Shown piece after piece: positions 14,900 through 29,470 of a DNA stretch of 64,000 nt. The notes beneath the pieces were generated by a model. That model did no database searches. It had not been told where the DNA came from and was given only the letters and a program-made list of their open reading frames with translations. Positions within the stretch are counted from its first letter, which is position 1; each line of letters begins with the position of its first letter. The position numbers were made by a program, and so were the translations under genes. The stretch is from Eledone cirrhosa (lineage: Eukaryota), in the NCBI GenBank assembly GCA_964016885.1, contig OZ024743.1, positions 362,576,001-362,640,000 of the forward strand. The letters are read 5' to 3'.

Positions 14900-16042
14900 C
14901 ATTACATCAATGATAGTGTCATTTGAAGCTGCATGCAAAAAATACCACCTTTATTTGGAGGAAAATCTCATAAAGCTATGGCAAAGCAGTTACAAAGAGA
15001 GAATGAAAGTGAAGAGCAGTAACAAGAAAGACTAAAAAAACAAAGAAAACAACACCGAAATATAAGCAAAATTAATCAGAAAAACAAAGATAAAAAAGCT
15101 AGCTGATGATAAGACAAGGAAAGCAACTTTTCATCATAGGGATTAGATGTATGACACTACAGCACAAAACAGACAGAATAAATCAGATTCACAAAGATTA
15201 TCATGGCTTCAACAACAAAGAATAAGAAGGGCGCAGAATAGACAGGATGACTCAGAGGAACAATGATTAAAAAGGGTTGCTGAAGATAGGAAAATGGAAA
15301 CAACTGTTCGTCAAGAGGGAACATATGTACGAAAGGAAGAGAAATGTTACAGGTTTCAGCATGAAGAAACTGAGGCTTAAACAACTCAAAGGCTGTGAAC
15401 AGGGACAAGAACAGAAGGTTTGCGATTTAAAAAAGGTTGCCGAGTGGGACTTTGTTGCCTTTAGTTATAATCCACATCACGACTATGCGTCAGAACCTTT
15501 AATTCGAATTTTCTCAATGAACAAGATTTGTCCAAATTGTGGTTCTAAAAATGGAATGGTGAGTCAACTGGATTGTGTTGTTTAAATGGAAAGATTAAGG
15601 ATATACTGTTACTTGAACCCCCAGAACCCTTGAGGAGACTGCTGATGGTACAACTACTGAATCAAGACACTTTCTTCAAAGTGTCCAGGAGTACAATAAT
15701 ACATTCCAAATAACATCATTTGGTGCAAATATCATCCATGAATGTTGCTTTATACCCATTTTCAAGATATAAAGGCAAGTGTACCATAAAATTGGACGAC
15801 TTCAGCCACTTTCAGAAGAAGACCCAAAATATTTACAACTATATTTCATCAGTGATATGAAAACACAAGCACAGACAAGATATGAAAGGAATAAAGAAAT
15901 TAAGTATGGAATCATATTGGAACTACAAGATATGTTACATAAAGAAACAGTTATATTAGAAGTTTCAAATATACCTAGAAAACGTTTTGGATGAAATTTA
16001 AATATTTTCTTTAACTTGGGCAACACCGGGTACTTCTGCTAG
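14900..16042 (+). mobile_element. Internally deleted Helitron with RepHel N-terminal remnant (5' boundary uncertain)
   Basis: Frameshifted MNKICPNCG..LEPPEPLR..YNNTFQITSFGA..GQVYHKIGRL..PKYLQLYF typical of Helitron RepHel; 3' end GGGCAACACCGGGT..CTAG|T at 16039-16043. Confidence 0.8.
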
Positions 16043-16154
<112 letters not shown>

Positions 16155-16736
16155 CTCTTTGCCTTTCAACCTTTCGAGGTTGTTAAACATTTTTAAAAAA
16201 TAAAGAAAAAATACGCCCGTATATGTTTTAAAAGATTGGCGTATATCAACTTTAAAAATACTATTGCAAGCTAGTTTATCCCATCGGCGGGGGACATTAC
16301 GGTTGAAAAACTGTTTCGGTTCTCTTCGCTGCGAGTTAGAATCTCCTGGTCCATTGCGTTAGTCACCCAGCGGTGTTCCGGGAATCGCCTGATCACACCT
16401 CTGCTTTCTTATTTCCCTGCGGCATATGAATGTGTTGCCATCTGTCAACCGAGTAGGCGACTCTTCCGTTGTTTCCATTGCACTGCTTCCCTTGACTGAT
16501 TCCGAAAAAATACATGAGCAGTATGCCCTATTGTGACTGATCTAGATTCGTTTAAATTACAAGATAATACTGTTTTAATAAAACAGTTCAATTACTGTTA
16601 CTACCAATGGCAACACAAGACCAGTTCAAACATCATCCCTTTGGGGAAAGTGTTTGCTTCGTTCAGAGACGCATTCTAACATTTGCGCTGTTAAAATTCT
16701 CTTGATAAACAGATAGAAAGCTAAACAAATAAAACG

Positions 16737-17632
<896 letters not shown>

Positions 17633-17666
17633 GTATATATATATATATATATATATACGATATGAA

Positions 17667-17704
<38 letters not shown>

Positions 17705-17786
17705 GTTATTCCGGGTTGAATCGGAGGTAACCACAGTAAGTAAGGTACTCAATACATAGCAGAGTATAACAGTTTTAATATAGAAG

Positions 17787-17837
17787 AGATTCTACAGGAC
17801 TAGAACTGTTTCATTCATTAGAAATCATCAGGAATCT
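17787..17837 (-). ncRNA. Type I hammerhead ribozyme
   Basis: AGATTC-CTGATGA-TTTCTAATGAAT-GAAAC-AG(TTCTAGTC)CT-GTA-GAATCT; all three stems pair. Confidence 0.8.
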
Positions 17838-18357
17838 GGGTATCAAAAAATAAATATGGTATTTATAGGTCTCTACAAGTGGTAGGAGAGGGTGGGGAGT
17901 GGGATGGGTGCAGGTCATTGGTTGATAGAAAAGGGAATTCATTAAAAGCTAATTCTACAAGGCTATAGTTTATTTTTATTTTTATTTATATTTATTTATG
18001 TTTTTAGAGTAACAAAGGCAGACAGAATTCTATAAACAGGTTCCGGATGGCATACCATTCCTTGTCAATAAGTTTCTCTTAAGCTAACAGATGTCTATAA
18101 AGTCAGTGGGGGGTCAGTCATGGTCGATAGAATTAAAGAAAAGGGAGAATTTTTAAAAGCTAAAGTCATTAAGGTTCTACTAAGTGACAAAGGTCTAGAA
18201 TTCTGCAGACAGATTCAAAATACTGAGTGCATATCTTACTATTATCTTCGAACTTCTCTTAAACTAATCAACTATATGCCAAAAATCAACATATATATAT
18301 ATATATATATATATAATAAAATAAATATGGTTTTATAAATATAGTTTCCATTTATTA

Positions 18358-18396
<39 letters not shown>

Positions 18397-18397
18397 G

Positions 18398-18461
18398 TAT
18401 TTTATCTGATGAAAGCGCACCAAGGTGGCTTGGTCGCCCTTGAAATATATATAATAAAATA
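18398..18461 (+). ncRNA. PLE terminal-repeat hammerhead ribozyme (copy 1)
   Basis: TATTTTAT-CTGATGA-[ACCAAG/CTTGGT stem II]-GAAAT-ATAT-ATA-ATAAAATA. Confidence 0.8.
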
Positions 18462-18499
18462 AATATGGTTTTATAAATATAGTTTCCATTTATTAATAT

Positions 18500-18589
<90 letters not shown>

Positions 18590-18627
18590 ATATTAATAAA
18601 TGGAAACTATATTTATAAAACCATATT

Positions 18628-18691
18628 TATGTTATTATATATATTTCAAGGGCGACCAAGCCACCTTGGTGCGCTTTCATCAGATAAAATA
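18628..18691 (-). ncRNA. PLE 3' pLTR hammerhead ribozyme (copy 2, sense to the ORF)
   Basis: Reverse complement of 18398-18461, just downstream of the GIY-YIG coding region. Confidence 0.8.
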
Positions 18692-18789
18692 CAAAATTTG
18701 TTTTATAAATAACGACATACCCATGGAAAACAACCTTAACGGTCGGAAATTCGCTGGTTAGTGGAAAATTATAGGTGTAATTATATTTT

Positions 18790-20960
18790 ATATATAGTTC
18801 TAAACGTTGAGTTTAGGCGATGTTTATAAGAACTAAATAAATTCATACGTATATTAATAGAGTTCTTACATTTAAGTATGAAGAAAATTTCCTCAACACA
18901 CAATTTGCAAAATCTAGATAAAGCTATGTTTTTGAACTTATATCCCAAGTTAAAGAATAGTCTTTATTTTTAGATTTTAAGTTCCATATCAGGTTTGATA
19001 GAGAAGTTGAAGATTTTTTACCAATATTATTAAACGAGCATTTGTGATTATTGAAACGAGATTTGAAATCTGTAGAAGTAGAACCTACATGGTTACATAT
19101 ATTATCATTGGTTTTGACAGTGCATTTATAGACCACATCTTTATCTAAGCAGTTATTTTTTAAAGGGCAGTTTGATTTAATTCTACAATTACATTTAGCA
19201 GAGTTGGTGTTATTTGGAACGGTATTATTATGTTGGTTATTGCTAGAGGTATTAGTGCTATTTTGGTTATGGTTTAGATTTCTATTATTGATTCTATTTA
19301 TATTTTGTGCTAAGTTCATAGTTGTAGAGTAAGATAGTTTTATTGTATGTCTGTTAAATATTGAATGGTATCTATGGGCTTTGGAAAAAACATTTATCTA
19401 GAGCTTTAAAAAATAGTTTAGCTAAAGGTGTTTTAATACTTAGTGAAAATGGAGGTGGATACCAAATTATATTTCTAGTTCTATTTCTTCTGTTAGTTTT
19501 AGAGTTTATGTTAGGTTTCTTATTGTAATTATAATTAATATTATGGTTATTTGCCTTATCACTGTTGTCGATGTATTTAATCTTATTTATATAGCCTGCT
19601 CTAATTAAAGCTTCATTATAATATTCTGCCTTATCGTCAAATATGTTTTTATTCGCAGAGATTCGAGAAATACGTTGTTGTACAGAATTTACAATAGTGT
19701 TCTTAATGGATCTAGGATGATTAGAGTTGAAGCTTACATAGTTTAAGTTCTCATTAATTTTATGGAATGGATAGTAGAGCCCTGTATTAAGGTTTAATGT
19801 TACGTCTAAAAAGTTAACAATTTTATAGTTATTCTCTATTTGTAACTTAAGATTGTAGCTATTAAAAAATGTATTATTGATTTTCTTTTTCTATTAATTT
19901 CACAATTACTATTATTTTCAATTAAAAGCAGCATATCATCACGATATAAACCACCGGTCATCTCCGGTAGTTTTCTATGTAGTGTATTATTAATAAATAG
20001 CCCCACAAGATCCGTTATCTGCGCCGAGTCCGATGACCCCATGGTGATATCGAAATTATTTTTTCTATCCGGTCTAGTCCAGAGATGGTTGTTGAATTTA
20101 ATTAAGGTTTTCCGTGCAGTTAAAATGATATGCATTTCTTCACTAGATAAATCAGTATATTTGATGCATAGATAAGGGCTTTATTAAGTAAATTAGGAGT
20201 GATAGATGAGTAGTAATTTGCAATATCCAATTGAATGAATTTTTTGTTATGTTTAAATTTTATGTTATTGAACCAATCTGTAACTTCGTTAGTACCGTTC
20301 CATAGTTTTAAGTAAGATATTTCTTTAAGTTGCGGTATGATTCTATCTAATATATGTTTACTAACTATCCCTAAGTCTGATTTAGATGGTGCTATATGTC
20401 TAACTGGTAGTTCTATTTCAAAGTTTCTTTTGGTTTTCGAGGTATAAAGGGTTCGGTCCTATTTTCGATGCCTAATTTATGAATTATTTCAGAAGCTTCT
20501 CTATTTAGCATTTCCAGGTCTTCGTTGGTTGTTATTTTGCAGTTTTTCCTTAGTTCTTTCAATATAAAGTTATTGTATTCGTCCTTTTGCATTCCATATA
20601 GATTGTTGGTTTTGTCAGATTTTACGAGGATTTTCTCAGTTTTTTCAAGATTTTCTATATTATTCTTAAGGCCTTTAAGGTAGCCCTGGCCTGCGAATTG
20701 GTTTTTCTTGAATTTGATGTTTTGTATAATTGATATTATTTCATTTTCAAATTCCATTAATAGTTTGTTAGGTGGATTTTTCTTAAATTTGAAGATCATA
20801 TCGAAGTTGGATTTATTTGTTTTTTCATCTGATTTTCTATTGAAATAGAAGGCACGCCATCTAAGTCTTCGTATAAAGGAGTCGGATTTCTCAATGAGTT
20901 GTTTGAGATAGTCCTTATTCTTGGGTAGAGGTATGTCTTTTAGAGAAGAAGAGATCCTAA
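18790..20960 (-). pseudogene. PLE reverse transcriptase plus GIY-YIG ORF, frameshifted
   Basis: SLKDIPLP..FIRRLRWRAF, VKSDKTNN (DK motif), MGSSDSAQITDLVG, GLYRDD, CNCR..NCPL..CL..VVYKC..VGST..FKSRFNNH. Confidence 0.9.
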
Positions 20961-21323
20961 AGAATTCCGTTATTTATCAATCAGTTATAATTTAAAGTGC
21001 TCAACAATAAAGGAACTATATATATGTAGAAGTTGTATTAAATTTTTGGAATTCCGACAAATATAAATGTTTATAACTGATATAGAGAACTCAACAGGTT
21101 ACTGGAGTAAATATTATTAAATGGAAACTATATTTCTTCTCTTTCTTCCCTATCTTCCCCAGCGTAATTTAAATAAACGGTTGTTTTTTCAATTTTTCAT
21201 ACATTCATTTACATATTCACACATAACTTTGAATTGCCCCTAATAAGTTTCCACTATCCAGCGAATTTCCGACCGTTAAGGTTGATTTCCATGGGTATGT
21301 CGTTATTTATAAAACAAATGTTG

Positions 21324-21388
21324 TATTTTATCTGATGAAAGCGCACCAAGGTTGGCTTGGTCGCCCTTGAAATATATATAATAAAATA
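21324..21388 (+). ncRNA. PLE inverted pLTR hammerhead ribozyme (copy 3)
   Basis: Same motif as 18398-18461; CTGATGA at 21332, GAAAT at 21369. Confidence 0.8.
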
Positions 21389-21519
21389 AATATGGTTTTA
21401 TAAATATAATTTCCATTTATTAATATCTTGGAATATTTACTCCAGTAAACTGTTGAGTGCTCTATATCAGTTATAAACATTTATGTTTGTCGGAATTCCA
21501 AAAAATTAAATACAACTTC

Positions 21520-21574
<55 letters not shown>

Positions 21575-23718
21575 ACTCAAAGGAATTGTAAGACATAGTT
21601 AAGTAAAACCAAATCGGGATGAAAATAAAGTAAGAAAACGATACTATAAGAAAATATATTAAAATGGAGAGGGAGAAAGAAATCACATATTTTTGTGTGT
21701 TAGCAAAAAAGTGTCAAGTCTGCAATGTTGAAATTTTGTATGTCGAAAGTTGATAGAATATTAAATATCAGACTATTTAAGCGGGATAGTTAAAAAGCAT
21801 TGCTTGCTATAAAGTTGTGCTGATTCTTGAGGGAGATTAAGACGAATCTTTTTTTTTTAAAGTTTACTTTTATGTATATGTTTGGTAAAGCACAATGCCA
21901 CATGTTCTAAATAAAATTTCATAAGTTACTGAGTCGGTTGAATAGCGTAAAGTATTTGTTTCTAGTATGTACTTTATTGATCCTTAGAGAGATGGCTGAG
22001 AAGCAAGGTCAACTCAAGGAAGAAACTCAATACTTGCAGGACACTTTAAGGAATGCGGTTCTATAGCTTAAGTCGACTTAAATATCAATGATTCCTTATA
22101 TTGATATGCGCATAAAACCCGGGTGGGTGCATTTTCAGGGCTCGCCACCCTTTACCCAATAGATAATGGTCTGTATAAAATGACATTCATTGAGAGATAT
22201 CATAAGAGGAGATGTGCATTCAATGTCTTAAGGTTTAAATCTGGATGTTGACAATCACTAAATAATGATAAAATATATTGTTCTGGATAATTTTGTGATC
22301 AAGAATTGTGGAGAACTTCTCGAAATCTTTTGGCGTAGCAGTGTTACCTAGTGGAATCACAAATTTGTGTCAAACTGTACAAGCACAACCGATCAAACTG
22401 TAAGGCAATTTTGACATGTAGTCAACAGACAAAACTGTTCTCTTCGGGCGTGCTATGTGCCATATTTCATCTCTACCTCTTTTCATGCTGAAAAGTTCCT
22501 GCATCATGTGCAAAAAAAAAAAATAAATAAATAAACAAAACACCTTGTCTACAGTAACCATCATTCTTCAATAAGAAATGTTGCACAGGGATGATATTTA
22601 GCCAGAGGTCTAAGCAGGTTTTTCATCAAAAGTGTTCTAACGATGATCATTTTATTTAAACGATGTATTTAAACTATATGTTTGAACCTTTCCTCCATTT
22701 AAAACACTAGCGTGTGAGTTAAGAAAGGATTATCTTCTACACTAGTGTATATTAGTAGAACGAGGGAGTACCTTGACCAGACTTTCTCAAATTTTTTATT
22801 AGATAGATCCCTCGCAACAAACTTTAATTTTCATTCATCCCAATCAAATTAATCGAATATAAAATTACAAAAATATAACTAATTTACCACTGTTTAATAT
22901 ACATTACACGAGAAAAGAATCAGGAAACTATAAATACAAGCATACTGTTAATACTTGACTCATTTTTTTTATTGGGGAGTCTGCTTTTGATGGGCAAGAA
23001 GAAGATGATGAAAGTTAGATTAAAGGTTTGTGAGTTTGAGTTTACTCAATAACGCACACGTCTAAACAATCTACGACATCACTAACGATCAACTCACACA
23101 ATCAGGTGTTCTGCTAGATGTACGATATCTGGAATCTAGTCTACATGATCCAACGATTTTCGTTCTCTCCTTATAAATGTAAACTTGTAAATTCACTCCT
23201 CTGCGGACTCTTAAGCTTTTGTTCATCCCTATCAAACTTTTATTCACACCTATTTATGGACCACTTTTAGAAGCTCTGATCTAAATGCCTCTTCGGTATC
23301 TCCTATTCGACGAGATTGAAATGTTTGATGTCTCTTCTGTTCATATACACCAAAAAAGCCTTTATTGATTTCCTTCGTTATCCTTTTATGTCAATGTAGT
23401 GAGAGAAATCCTTACTGCCAGTAAATATTACGGGGTGTGTTGATGAGTGTGTTGGATGACTTAAATTGTAAGATTCGTTTGTAGGCTTTCAGTAGGAAGT
23501 GGGCATTTACCTCTATACTTAAGACAATCGGAGACTTACGGGTTAACGTCATATGCGCTATATCAGTGATTCTCAACCATTTCACTTGGAATAACACCAT
23601 TTGTTAAAATGAGCCCCCCATTCTCTGCTGCAAATTATTATACCATGAGAATTACAAATGTTTATACTTAGAGAAGAATAGTTGCCCAATAGTGTGTGTA
23701 TATTATGTTTTAAACAAA

Positions 23719-23829
23719 CTTAACTTTGCCTTTCATCCTTACGGGTCGATAAAATAAAGTACCAGTAATGCACTGGGTAATGTAATAAAGTACCAGTAAT
23801 GCACTGGCCTTGTGCCGAAAGTAGAAACA
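23719..23829 (+). mobile_element. 5'-truncated S1 SINE with 17-bp TSD
   Basis: TSD ATTATGTTTTAAACAAA at 23702-23718 and 23830-23846; internal duplication of AATAAAGTACCAGTAATGCACTGG. Confidence 0.9.
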
Positions 23830-24009
23830 ATTATGTTTTAAACAAAGTACTGAACAATTTGAACTGGACTCACAGATACACAGTACCACTTTGTAGACCC
23901 TGAGTATCCATGGCGTCTGATTGGGTACAGCTTCCCTTTATGACGAACTACTTTTGGAATATTAGTATATTCTTACTCTATTATTTTATTATATTATTTA
24001 ATATTGTTT

Positions 24010-24598
24010 TAATCGTAATAGATTATGATCAAATATTTTATATCTCTTTTCCACTGGATGTACCACCTCCAATCTTTATATGCATTTTTTTTTTTTTTTG
24101 CTTCACCCTTGTAATACCCCTCATTATGTGCCCATGTGGCAAATATAGAGAATATATCACCTTCTTTTGACCGTGATGAGCTGGCTGTTTTCCTCTGCCT
24201 GGTGGCTGTAGCGAAAGAGGTGGTGTAGTGGAGGTGACTGAAAGGACTGAAGACAGACACTTTCCACTTCGTCCAATTTTTCATCAAGTTTTTCAAGTTC
24301 CATTTGGAAAGGAAAGTGAAGGTGCAGTAGCGAGAATGGCCCGTGCACCTGTAGCCTGATTGGTTTGGAGAGTAGAGGGACGCTCTCTTAGGGTGTTCTT
24401 GTAAAGTAGGGTGATTTAGGTGTGGTGGGATTACTAAGTCACCCCTGAGTGGTACTCCCTCTATTGGGGAATTTTATTGGTATTATGTATTTTGTTACCT
24501 TTTTTTTTGTACACGATTGTATGTAAACTCCCACTGTCCTTGTTTTTGTATTGTTCCCTATATGTCGGCTCTTGTCGCCAATAAAGAAATTATTATTA
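24010..24598 (+). mobile_element. Two tandem Tx1-like 3' fragments
   Basis: 24157-24345 matches the ORF2 C-terminus (LCLVAVAKEVV..FFKFHLERKVKV); 3' UTR ends with stem-loop, AATAAAGAA and (ATT)n; a similar 3' end lies at 24129-24152. Confidence 0.75.
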
Positions 24599-24619
24599 GT
24601 AGTAATAATAGTAGTATTA

Positions 24620-24835
24620 GGGAAGTGGATTGGCAGTATCGGTAGAGCGTCAGACGCCATGCTTTGCATCATAGAGTTATGGCCCTTTACGTTCTGCGTT
24701 CAAATCCCACCGAGGTTATCTTTATCTTTCATCCTTACGGGGTCGATAAAATAAAGCACCAGTAATGCACTGGGGTCGAGTTAATTGACTTTCCCCTCCC
24801 TTCATATTGCTTGCTTTGTACCTAAAGTAGAAACA
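24620..24835 (+). mobile_element. Full-length S1 SINE (long variant)
   Basis: A box TGGCAGTATCGG, B box GTTCAAATCC, S1 body, ATT tail; lies directly after the Tx1 tail. Confidence 0.9.
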
Positions 24836-25189
24836 ATTATTAGTATTATTATTATTGCCTTTAAAAAATTAGCCCAGCATAAGGAGACAAGGGGTGGCTA
24901 TAGTAATAAATAATACAAGCTGTGATATATCAGTAAATATTTTTACCATTGCTGAAGTAGAGCAAAAAACAGTTTTAAAAAACCCAACAAGATAGATAAA
25001 CAAATAAGTAAACAAATTAGTAAATACACAAATAAACAGATAAATAACAATGAAACTGAAACAGTCTTATATAGACTTAATACATACCTAGAGAGTTACA
25101 TACGCGCAAGCAAATATTCGCAAATACGCATATTTTCGTTTACACATTCATGCATACACACACACACATGCACGCACACACACACGCAC

Positions 25190-25303
<114 letters not shown>

Positions 25304-25632
25304 TGCTATACTTTGGGAGGGTCATTCTGCCAATAAAAACACACGCGCCTGTTGGTTTTCACTTCAATTTATTATAAATTTCCGGTTGGTTGGTTGATTG
25401 TTTCGGAAGGTTGTTTATATATTTTCAAAGCTCTTTCGTCATACATTCTGTGACCTCCTCAGTGAATAGATCTGTTTGTGTGCGTCCCTCCTTTGTTCTG
25501 TCCTACACCATTTTGTTTATGTGTGTTGTGTGTTCTGTTTGCGCATGCGTTACATCTGGTTATGTGTGTTTTTATTTCAACACATGTTTTCAGATAAGAA
25601 ATCTTGCAAAAAAAATTCAAAAACGAAGAGAG

Positions 25633-25708
<76 letters not shown>

Positions 25709-25721
25709 CTCTCTTCGTTTT

Positions 25722-25942
25722 TGAATTTGTTTTTGTATTGTCCCCAATGTCTCGCAGACTTTTGGTCAATAAAAGAAATCATTATATTGTAATACAATAA
25801 TTATATTATGTACACACACATAAATATATATGCGCGCACGTGTGAGTGTGTACATAATATAATTATTGTATTACAATATTATGATTTCTTTTATTGACCA
25901 AAAGTCTGCGAGACATTGGGGACAAGACAAAGACAAAATCAA
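25722..25942. repeat. Inverted duplication of a Tx1-like 3' end and its flank
   Basis: About 25722-25818 mirrors 25846-25942, including GTCAATAAAAGAAATCAT. Confidence 0.8.
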
Positions 25943-26029
25943 CACAGAATAGGGCTTACATTGAGTGAAGAGAAAACAATGGGAACAACAATAGAAATTT
26001 TAATTAATGTACATAACAGAAAACAATAA

Positions 26030-26336
26030 TACGTCGGCTCCGACAAAGTATTATAGTTGTTTTATCAATAGAAGTACCTGCCTATTAGAGAAATTAACAC
26101 GCAAGTGTCTGAGCATTCCACAAACATGTGTATCCTTAATAATATTTTCGGGGAGATTAAGCATGATACAATGTGTGACAAAGTTAGTTTTTTGAATCGC
26201 ATATAACTCAATATTGTGTCGAATTGAGCAACGTGAAATTAAGCCCTTGCTCAAGGATACAACGTACCATCGGAAATCGAACTCATGTCTTTACGATTGC
26301 GGGACAACCACCTTAACTAACAATAGGTATACCTTC
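26030..26336 (-). mobile_element. S2 SINE, diverged
   Basis: Reverse complement of the family seen at 26569-26870. Confidence 0.65.
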
Positions 26337-26568
26337 CTTATACAATTATATAATTATAGTATATAATTATATAATTTTAATAAATAGTTGTATTATCTAA
26401 TTATATTATTCGCAAATGAAAAAAAAATAGGGTCAAATTCTTCTGGTTTCATGGGACCTACTTGATCATGTGTGAAGGGAAAATTTCGATATAAAATAGA
26501 ATTGGTGACGAAGTGACTCTCAAAATGTTTTTTGTAAGTTAACTAGAATATTGTGTATCCTGTATAAA

Positions 26569-26870
26569 GACGCATGGCTTAGGGGGTTAGGGCTTTCGGT
26601 TCACGATCGTAATATGGTGAATTCTATGCCCAGAAGCATGTTGTGTGCTTGTGCATGTTTCTCTAGTCAAATCAACTAGCAAAATTAGTGTACCTACAAT
26701 TCAAAAGCCTAGGTCTGTCACGCACAATGTCACTCTGAATCTCCCTGAGAATTATGCTAAGGATGTACGTCTCTGCGGAATGCTCCGCCACTTGCACATT
26801 AAGTTCACAAGGAGGGTGTTACGTAGATCGCATAACCTGAAACATTCATCATCGTAACTAACATAGTGCT
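26569..26870 (+). mobile_element. tRNA-headed SINE family S2 (CORE-like)
   Basis: GCATGGCTTAGGGGTTAGG head; TTCAAA..TGTCAC..CTGAATCTCCCTGAGAA body shared with 26030, 29471 and 37146. Confidence 0.7.
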
Positions 26871-27954
26871 ATTTTTGGGGATGCTGTCTTTCCTTTTCAG
26901 ATTCTTTGAGTTCATCCTAAGGAACATGGTCCCATTGCTGGAGTTTAGATAACAACAACAGTAAAGGGTTTACATGTTAAATCTTTAGAAAAATCTGGTA
27001 AATGTTTACTGTTTCGCTTATAATTTGTATGTATGTATGTATGTATGTCAACATCATCGGATGCTTCTGAAGTCGCAGGTTTTTTTGGCGGGGTTTTCAG
27101 TGTTTCCCTCTCCTAGAAAGGTGTTGTAATAACAAAAAAAAAAGTACTATTTGGATGGCCGTTGACTCTGCTGAGTTCCTCCGCCCTTTGACGAGTCTTG
27201 TATTTCATCCTTTTCGAGTAGTGTTTTCGATGCTCAGAGAGTGGGACTGGTCGAGTGCAAGGCCTTTCCCCACTTAAAAAATCTTCAAAGCACAGGCATT
27301 CCTTGTTCAGGATATGTTACAGGTTGTGTGGTTGGCCTTAGCCCAATAGTGCACCAAACTCTATAGCAGAGTTTGCAGACATCATGTATGTATGCACGCA
27401 TTAATAAAAAAGTGTCACAAATCCTGCAACCGCTAAGATCCTATTAATGACGTAGTAACATGCTACGGCCGGAAGCAATTCTGTTAAAAGCAACACGATT
27501 TCATCTCAGTTGTTTTCGTTACCAGTCCCAATTCAAATTAACAAAAAGGCTAAAGAAAATACATTCATGCTAAGAAACTAAAATACAAACAAGATGGAAA
27601 TGTACTTTTTACACAACTTCCACTATGACGTTGATGGTCAACGTTATCAATGAGATAGACGAGGTCATAGTAACCACTTCACACAGGAAGAAAACGTATT
27701 ATTTTCAATGAAATATGACTGACATCAGCATCGCAGACGCTATCCTGTTAGTAATCTATTTATTTTGTCACTTGACGACAGCCTAAAAGTAAGCTAGAAA
27801 TATACGAACGTGATATGGCAGAAAAGAATTGGTCTTCAGAGTTAACCTTTTTACGTACTAAAATGTTAGACGTTATATCTGCTAGGAGAAATTAGAATTG
27901 TATTCTGTGTATTGCATGATAAGCCTCTGCAAAAAAGTTCTAATACCACCAAGT

Positions 27955-28329
27955 TGAAAATTACCGGTGTCGAAGACGCTACTTTTTTCCTAAAATAAGT
28001 TCAAAAATCTACCAAGCGCCCTGGAAGCCGAAGGTTGTTTATTATTTTATTTTTCAAATGGGTGGTGGATTGGCAGTATCGGTAGAGAGTCAGACACCAT
28101 GCTTTCCAGCATAGTTACGTCCCTTTACGATCTGAGTTCAAATCCCTCCGAGGTTGACTTTGCCTTTCATCCTTAGGGGGTCGATAAAATAAAGTACCAG
28201 TAATGCACTGGGTAATTGCTGGCCTTGTGCCTAAAGTAGAAACAATTATTTTATTTTTCAAATTTTTGGTTGTCAAAATTAAGGTGCGTCCTCGAGGACG
28301 AAGCGTCTTCGGCGTCGGGAAACACGGTA
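27955..28329. mobile_element. pogo/Tigger-like MITE interrupted by an S1 SINE
   Basis: Imperfect TIRs CCGGTGTCGAAGACGC / GCGTCTTCGGCGTCGGGAAACACGG-TA. Confidence 0.5.
28060..28244 (+). mobile_element. Full-length S1 SINE with 19-bp TSD
   Basis: TSD ATTATTTTATTTTTCAAAT at 28041-28059 and 28245-28263; A and B boxes present. Confidence 0.95.
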
Positions 28330-29128
28330 AATACCGTTCTTCGAGAGTCCATAAAGCGAACGCCATTATTTCACTGGGATGTATCCACCCGACGAAGTTC
28401 CTTCCTTTAAAATACTTTCGTTCTGTACCAATATGAGGTATGAAAATGTGTTGCTATAGCTTTATTTTTCTTTCAATCTACGTTGTTGTTTATTTGACAA
28501 CAAATGTGTATATACCTCTGAATTAATATGTACATGAGTATAGTAGCCTATATGAGTATAGCTTCAGTTTTTTCTGTATTCATAATATTGTCGACAACGA
28601 ATAAAAGAAAACATTATTCAATTTTCAACACTAGATAGAAAGAAGAATGAAAAGAAAAGAAAGATTCAGCATGAAGAAAAATTAAAAGTATAAAACAAAC
28701 ATAGTGAAAAAATGACATAAAAAACTAATAAAATATATCTTGACTCACAGACAGACACAAATACGAAATAAAAAAAAAGCCAAAAAGGAAACAAGAGCAA
28801 ACGAAATAATACAAAATGAAACGAAGAACGAAGGAAAGGAAGAAAGAAAGAGCGACGAATGAATCTACAAATAGATGATATAGAATGGTGGAATAAATAA
28901 AGCAAACATATCTATATTTTTCTTAAGAAAATATATAATTGACTGTTAGAATTGCGTTTGTCAACATTAGATAATAAGAAAAACGTGTCTCCAAGATGAA
29001 AGACATCTGTTTGATTGCTGAAACTCTCTTGAAAAATGGAACAACTCTTGAAGGCAATGTCTTCTTCTGAGTCTGTTAACATGTGCAAGCAATACAGGAA
29101 AATGATAGAGTGACTTAATATTTATAAT

Positions 29129-29169
29129 TGTTTCTACTTTAGGCACAAGGCCAGAAAATACCCAGTGCA
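29129..29169 (-). mobile_element. 41-bp 3' fragment of S1 SINE with 14-bp TSD
   Basis: TTAATA(T/G)TTATAAT at 29115-29128 and 29170-29183. Confidence 0.85.
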
Positions 29170-29470
29170 TTAATAGTTATAATATTAGCGTGTGATTTCA
29201 CGGTAAAACATGTCTACATCCTCCAGCTATTTGTTGCCGCCTTTGCTATTTTCTTTATTTAAACTTTTCTTTTCAATTTATTTTATTTAAGTCATTGGGC
29301 TGCGACCATGCTGGAACATTACATTCAAGGTTGAATTGGTCATATGAATCTCAGTATTTATTCCAGTGTGATATTTATTTTGTCGAAGCTCTAAGTTACG
29401 AAACATAAAGAGACACGAAAGTAACAAACACCAGTTATAGGCCGTAGAAACGGAATGGGATGGACCTACA

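Larger units (their letters stand above)
18588..21525 (-). mobile_element. Near full-length Penelope-like element with inverted upstream pseudo-LTR
   Basis: Minus-strand ORF remnant; 21250-21430 is the reverse complement of 18588-18765 and 21405-21525 mirrors 21022-21135; (TA)n on both ends. Confidence 0.9.

Noticed and set aside
28060-28150. tRNA gene
   Set aside because: A and B boxes belong to a SINE head with extended spacing; no cloverleaf
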